Positions 57,997 through 64,000 of a DNA stretch of 64,000 bases are shown here, piece after piece. The notes beneath the pieces are model-generated. The model saw only the letters and a list, made by a program, of their open reading frames with translations, searched no databases and was not told the DNA's origin. The DNA is taken from NCBI GenBank assembly GCA_964016885.1, contig OZ024740.1, positions 347,882,001-347,946,000 of the forward strand. Direction: 5' to 3'. Origin of the DNA: Eledone cirrhosa (Eukaryota). The translations under genes and the position numbers were made by a program. How positions within the stretch are numbered: the stretch's first letter is position 1; the number at the start of each line of letters is the position of its first letter.

Positions 57997-60279
57997 GGAA
58001 CAGTAAGGTGGAGGAGTTGATTAAGGCCCAAAAGCAGGCTTGGAAAGTATGGCGGGATGGGGGAAGTAGAGAAGACTATCAAGTAGCCAGAAGGGAAGCT
58101 AGGAGACGAGTGTACTTCGCAAAAAGGGAAGAAGAGGAAAGGAAGTTCAAGCATGGTCTACAACGCGAGGACCAAAAACGTGAGGTGTTCAGGATTGCTA
58201 GACAATGTGTCAAGGAGAACCGTGATATTGTCGGGGATAAGTGTGTCCGTAATGATGATAGTGTACTTGCAATCACTGACGGGGATAAGAAGGTAGCTTG
58301 GAAGTGTCACTACGAAAGGCTACTAAATGAGGAGAATAAATAGGAGAAATACAGTCTCCCCCACATCGATCCAATAGAGGGACCAGCAGTGCAAGTTGAA
58401 GGTAGTATAATAAGTAAGGCAATCAAAGATATGAAGACGGGTAAGGCGGCTGGGCCTTAGGAAATAGTTGTTGAAATGCTGAAAGCATCTGGAACGGTGG
58501 GACACACTATGGTGACCCGGATAGTAAACCAAGTTATACAGAATGGGGTCGTACCAAAGGACTGGCGTAGCAGCATCATCATTAACTGCTACAAGGGTAA
58601 AGGAGATGCGCTAGATAGGAGGAAACTATAGAGGAATTAAATTAAGACCATGTCATGATGGTCACAGAAAAAGTAATAGCGCAACTAATCAGAGAGCGAA
58701 TTGATCTAGATGAAATGCAGTTCGTGTTTGTGTCAGGTAAAAGTACCACAGATGCTCTTTTCATTGTACGACAATTATAGAAGTACCTAGCTAAAAGTAA
58801 ACCCCTATACTTAGCTTTTGTAGACCTGGAGAGTCCCCCGCTCCCTTATCTGGTGGGCTCTTAGAAAACTAGGTGTAGATGAATGGCTTGTGAGAGCTAT
58901 ACAAGCCATGTATAAAGAAACAGTCAGCAAGGTTAGACTTAACAACGAATATAGTGAAGAGTCGAATCAATGGCTGAACTAGAGAAGAAATTCCAAACAT
59001 GGAAGCATGGCCTAGAATCAAAAAGCCTTAAAGTTAACTTGTCTAAGACTAAAGTTCTAATATGTAGGAAAAAGAATAGAGCACTGATCCCATCTGGGAA
59101 ATGGCCATGCTCAGTGTGTAGGAAAGGAGTAGGCATAACTCCATTTTATGTCCCAAATGCAAAGTATGGGTGCATAAAAGATGTAGTGGGATCACAGGTA
59201 ATCTAACTAAATATAAAGATATCATATGTGGCCGGTGCGCTGGTGCAATAAGTAGCAGCAAATGCACACAGAATACTATCTCATTCCATTGCCCAGATGG
59301 TTCTATAGAAATAATGGACAGCTTCCGTTACCTGGGTGACAAAATCAGCAGTGGTGGAGGGTGCTCCGAAAGTACTGTTGCTAGAGTCCGAACGGGATGG
59401 AAAAAGTTCAGAGAGCTTATACCACTATTGGCCGCTAAATGTTACTCTCTAAAAATGAAAGGCAGATTGTATGATGCCTGCATACGAACAGCGATGTTAC
59501 ATGGCAGTGAGACATGGGCCTTGTGTGCAGAGGTTCTACGCAGACTGGAGTGGAACGAAGCTTGCATGCTCCGTTGGATGTGTAATAGTAATATACGCGA
59601 ACGGCAAAGCATAAATGAACTAAGTGAGAAATTAGGAATAAGAGGGATCAGATGCTGTTTACTCGAGAGAAGACTACGTTGGTATGGTCACGTGATGCGC
59701 ATGAAAGACGACCGCTGTATAAAAAAAGTGCAGGGCGATTGAAATAGACGGTAGCTACGGAGTAGGCAGGCCCAGAAAAACCTGGGACGACTTGATAAAA
59801 TCCAAACTCACGCACTTACGCCTCTCCAAGACAATATCACGAGACCGAGATCTTTGGCGCTACGTAATAATAGAGAAGACCCGCCTTGCCTAAGTACAAA
59901 GCGAAACCTACAGTCAGTAGGCACCTCTTAACAAAAATACACCCCCGTCTACTACCCCTACCCCACCGCCATCTACACCGCCCCTTTCGATGTAAAGCTA
60001 TGTTGGTATCCAGTCCTAAATGAATGAAGTCGTGTAGGTGTCACGACAAAAAACACGCAGTCCACGCTGTAATGTGGCCGTGTAGGTAACACGGTAAAAA
60101 CCTCCCAGTACACACTGTAAACGTGTTTGGTATTAGGAAGGGCATACAGCCGTAGAAAACCCGCTAGACAGTCCTATACGAGCAAGACAACCAATCTTGC
60201 CTCAAGTGGGACAATTCCCGTCCAGATCCATGCTAGCGTGGAAGAGGGACGTTAAACGATGATAATGATGACGATGATG

Positions 60280-60283
<4 letters not shown>
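57997..60283 (+). mobile_element. 5'-truncated degenerate RTE LINE with PHD-like finger
   Basis: WKCHYERLLN, MKTGKAAGP, YKGKGDA..NYRGIKL, STTDA, LAFVDLE, FRYLG, LHGSETW, RRLRWYGHV and GRPRKTW. 3' UTR ends GGACGTTAAA(GAT)n. The YADD region is deleted. Confidence 0.9.
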
Positions 60284-60321
<38 letters not shown>

Positions 60322-60326
<5 letters not shown>

Positions 60327-63300
60327 TAAAATAACAGATTAAAGTTTAAGCAAAGAATCGCTGCTTTCACCCTTAACGGGATCTTCTGAAACTAACAAAG
60401 TCAATCTGTAAACGCAGAACTGGATATTTCAAAAAACGTTGCAACCGGAGGAAGACAGGAAGACGTTACTTTGGTTCGTGGTAACATTCGCTGCCAAAGA
60501 ACGGGAAAAAACGAATAATACGTCATTAATAGGAGCGGTGAAAAACAATTACGCGCAAAGACAGAACCACGTTTATGGTATAAAAGAGGTCGTAGACTAA
60601 TGTTCTCTTAGGTGGTGCATAGAGACGTTCTCTGGCAATGAACGAAAAAACGAAGATAATAAGTCATATGTTGAGCGTGGAGAACAATAGCACGCAAAGA
60701 CAAAACCACGTAAATGGTATAGCAGAAGTTGTAGACTAAAATTCTAACTAGGAGACCAAATGAATCTCCGCTACAGAGTTAAGAACAAAGTAAATAAATA
60801 CAATAAAGAAGTAATAGAAACAAATAAATACATACACGCAAACAGATACGTACATACACAAGCATACACAAAACCTTACCATAGGTATACAAAACCACGC
60901 ACATATAAATATGTGTGTGTGTGTATGCTTGTGTACAAATAAATAAATAATTATATAAACGTATATAAGTAAATAAATACGTATATAACAAGCGCACACA
61001 CATACCTACAAATAAATACACGAATGTTCGGAGACGTAAGTCAACTAAAACAAGAAGTACACATATACACACACCCACCATACGTACGAACCTGCATACT
61101 CACGCAGACGCAAAACTCCCGTATACACATAGCCAAACCCTAAATACCAGAATATGTAAAAATTATACGCCATAACAGTCAAATATACGTACTAGAAGGT
61201 ATACATACCTTCAAAAAACATACGGGTAATATATACTTACCTCTGCAAATAAGTAAAGGAATAAACAAAACATATACTTAGCTCCCGCATCAAGACGTAA
61301 ATATCCACGTATAGATCGTGCTATCCGTTAGGGTATATCGTGGGCTGTAATACAGGAAAGTTTTGTGCAATTTATGTTTACAAGCCGAAATTGCCTCAGA
61401 TTTTTTGTTTAAGATGTGGTCTGTGGCGTAGAGTATTTCCAGGGCCTCAGCGGCGCAGAGGTCACATGGTCTTTTATTTCCGTAATACAATCTAGCCCTA
61501 GCTAGGATCTCCCATTGTAACTTATATTGGGTGTGGTTGTCTTTTAGACTCCAGATATAAGCTGAAAGTGACGTCATATTCCTTCTTAGAGGGTAACGAA
61601 AATAATGGGTATGCATGTAAAGACGCTGCTTGAAACTATTGGCGGTTAACCCTATGTAGGCCCTACGGGACGTGGGTGTTACAACCTTACATTTGTAGAC
61701 AATGTTACTAGAGAGGCATTTCCCGGATAGGGGGCAATCAGCCCGATTCCTACAATTACAGTTAGTACTAACTACAGGGTTGCACGTGTTCCTACGGCTA
61801 GGTAGTTTAGCTAAATTTGAAGCTGTGATGTTATGTGCAAGGTTAGGAGTCGTAGAGTAAGAAATTTTAATAGTATTTCTATTAAAAATTTTACTATATT
61901 TATGTGTAGGGGGAAAATGCTTCGTAATAAGGGAAAGAAAGATCTTAGCTAATGGTGTGGCCACCTCCATATTATATGGTGGGTTAAACCAACAAATGCG
62001 ACGGGGTCTATTTCTTCTAGGTCTATTTTCGTACTCTGTATAAGCTACCTTATCGAGAAATCCACTTCGAGCAAGAGCTTCATTGTAATAAGTGGAATGG
62101 TCGTTGAAAATGCATTCGTTGGTGGAAAGACGGGAAAGCCTCAACGAAACGTTTTTTTACCAGGTTCTTGGTTATGCTGGCAGGATGGTTGGAATGCTTA
62201 CTTATGTAATTAAGCGTATCATTCGGCTTTCTATACGGGTAATACAACCCATTCAGTAAATTGAGGGTAACGTCGAGGTAATTAACGACCGAGAGATTGG
62301 CCTCAACCTGTATAGAGAGGTTGAAGCCTTTAAAGAAGGCAGTGAGTTCTTTTCTGAACCTGTCGCAAGCACGAGGTCCGCACTTAGTCATGGTCAAAAG
62401 ACCATCGTCACGGTACAAACCACCGCCCGCGTTGGGGAATTCGTCCTTGATAGAGAAAAGAAGGAAAAGGCCAATAAGATCAGTAACCTCCGAAGAGTCA
62501 CTGGCGCCCATACTCACGTCGAATGGGGTGCTATTGGATTTTTTAATCCAAATAGAGTCGTCGAAATTAATCACCGACTTTCGGGCATTAAGGATGACAT
62601 CAACTTCGAAATCCTTAACCACTGTGAGTGTTTTAGCGAAATTGATAGCTCTAAGGAGAAGTGGTAAAGTGATGGAGGAGTAGTAATTGTTGATGTCGAA
62701 TTGGATAAAACGGCAATGTTCCTTGTTACATATGCCGTTGAACCAATCAATCACCGCGAAGGAATTGTTCCACAGTGCGAGAGGGGCCAAACTTCTAATT
62801 TCAGGTATAATTCTATCAAGAATCGTTTTACTAAGTCTACCTAAATCGGACTTCCTAGGGTTAATAAGCCGAATAGAGGGGTTGTTCGGAAAATTGGATT
62901 TGTGATCCTTCAGGGTAAAGTGGGGAGAGATAGGGTCCAGAGGTTCGGTCCGGTCCAGGATGTTGAGATCAGATGTGATTTTAAACCCAGCATCGTTGAT
63001 TTCATTGATGACGCACTGATTAGTTTTACGTTAATCCTTAGTTACAGCATTATGTAGTAGTTGATGGTAAGTACTGCGTTCCACTTGATATAGGTTGCCA
63101 GTTTTGTCGGAATGGACGTGCACGGCGTTAGAATCCTTAATAGAACGAATTCTATTCTTCAGGTCTTGCTGGAAGGAATTGCTCCTATTCCGAAATTTGA
63201 TACTCCGAATGATTTCCAAGACATCATTTTCGAAGGGTAGCAATGCTGGGTTCCACGGAGGGTTATTATAGGTTTTAAATCCGAATTTATCCTGTTTGTT

Positions 63301-63480
63301 GTCTGCTTTTCGCGGATTATCGAAATAAAAGGCACGCCAACGCAACCTTTTAATGAACGCGTCTGTTTTCTGTATCAGGAGTTTTAGGTATGTTTTCCTG
63401 CTTGGTACGGGTATGTTCTTTGTAGAAATATTCAGATGTTGTTTCTGCATGATGAATATAAGTCAGTATAATATACACAC
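60322..63480 (-). mobile_element. Near full-length Hydra-type Penelope-like element
   Basis: ORF from ATG 63450 to 61290, ~1 kb 3' UTR, variant HHR at 60344-60392. Flanked by (TA)n and (CA)n. Confidence 0.92.
61290..63450 (-). pseudogene. ~720 aa PLE RT + GIY-YIG with one premature stop (63031-63033) and one frameshift (A7 run ~62152-62158)
   Basis: STKNIP, RLRWRA, DKT, QFDINNYYSSI, FDVSMGASD, GGLYRDD, WFNPPY, CNCRNRADCPLSGKC, IVY..YIGLT..FKQR, CDLC, LNKKSE. Confidence 0.92.
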
Positions 63481-63504
63481 ATATATATGTATACACACAC
63501 GCAC

Positions 63505-63640
<136 letters not shown>

Positions 63641-63651
63641 ACACACACATA

Positions 63652-63695
<44 letters not shown>

Positions 63696-63826
63696 AAAGT
63701 TCTATTTAAAATTGTTGGGATACAACAAGTAAATATTTTTATAACTGATATAAAGCACTCGACAAGTGTTTGGAGTAGATATACGATATTAATAAATGGA
63801 AACTATATTTATAAAACCATAATTAT

Positions 63827-63885
63827 TTCATTATACATATTTCAGGGATACCAAATTAAATTATGGTATGCCTTCATCAGACAAA
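63827..63885 (-). ncRNA. Type I HHR in an element starting at ~63693 whose foldback (63899-64000) runs off the window
   Basis: TTTGT-CTGATGA-AGG.ATACCA/TGGTAT.CCT-GAAA-TATGTA-TA-ATGAA. Arms 63900-63940 and 63960-64000. Confidence 0.75.
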
Positions 63886-64000
63886 ATACAATATATAACA
63901 GTTTTACAAATAAGCTTTGACGTACCCTTTTAAAATGCATGGCTTCCCAAAATAATGGTTGCATTTTAAAAGGGTACGTCAAAGCTTATTTGTAAAACTG

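Overview
This is AT-rich eukaryotic, non-genic DNA. Its SINE, LINE and microsatellite content resembles an octopus or other cephalopod genome (inference). I found no credible host protein-coding gene; almost all short ORFs in the track are translations of (TA)n, (CA)n or (CT)n. Real coding remnants are all retroelements: Penelope-like elements (PLEs; RT plus C-terminal GIY-YIG, two with the CxCx5C linker and YRDD of the Hydra group, and one Neptune/Nematis-like family present twice), two R4/Dong-like restriction-like-endonuclease LINEs and two RTE LINEs, plus tRNA-derived SINEs. The main hidden signal is a dense population of type I hammerhead ribozyme (HHR) motifs. I count about 25 well-formed copies from more than 10 unrelated sequence families, plus decayed ones. 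They lie in PLE terminal repeats and in several non-coding ~0.45-0.6 kb units, including a 7-ribozyme tandem/inverted array at 41.2-45.3 kb. Nearly all sit in (TA)n tracts, often with the architecture (TA)n-arm-spacer-inverted arm-tail-(TA)n. Most families carry their own palindromic stem III, and several have greatly enlarged or branched stem II. Coordinates were read by eye and may be off by a few bases. Folds were paired manually, not computed.
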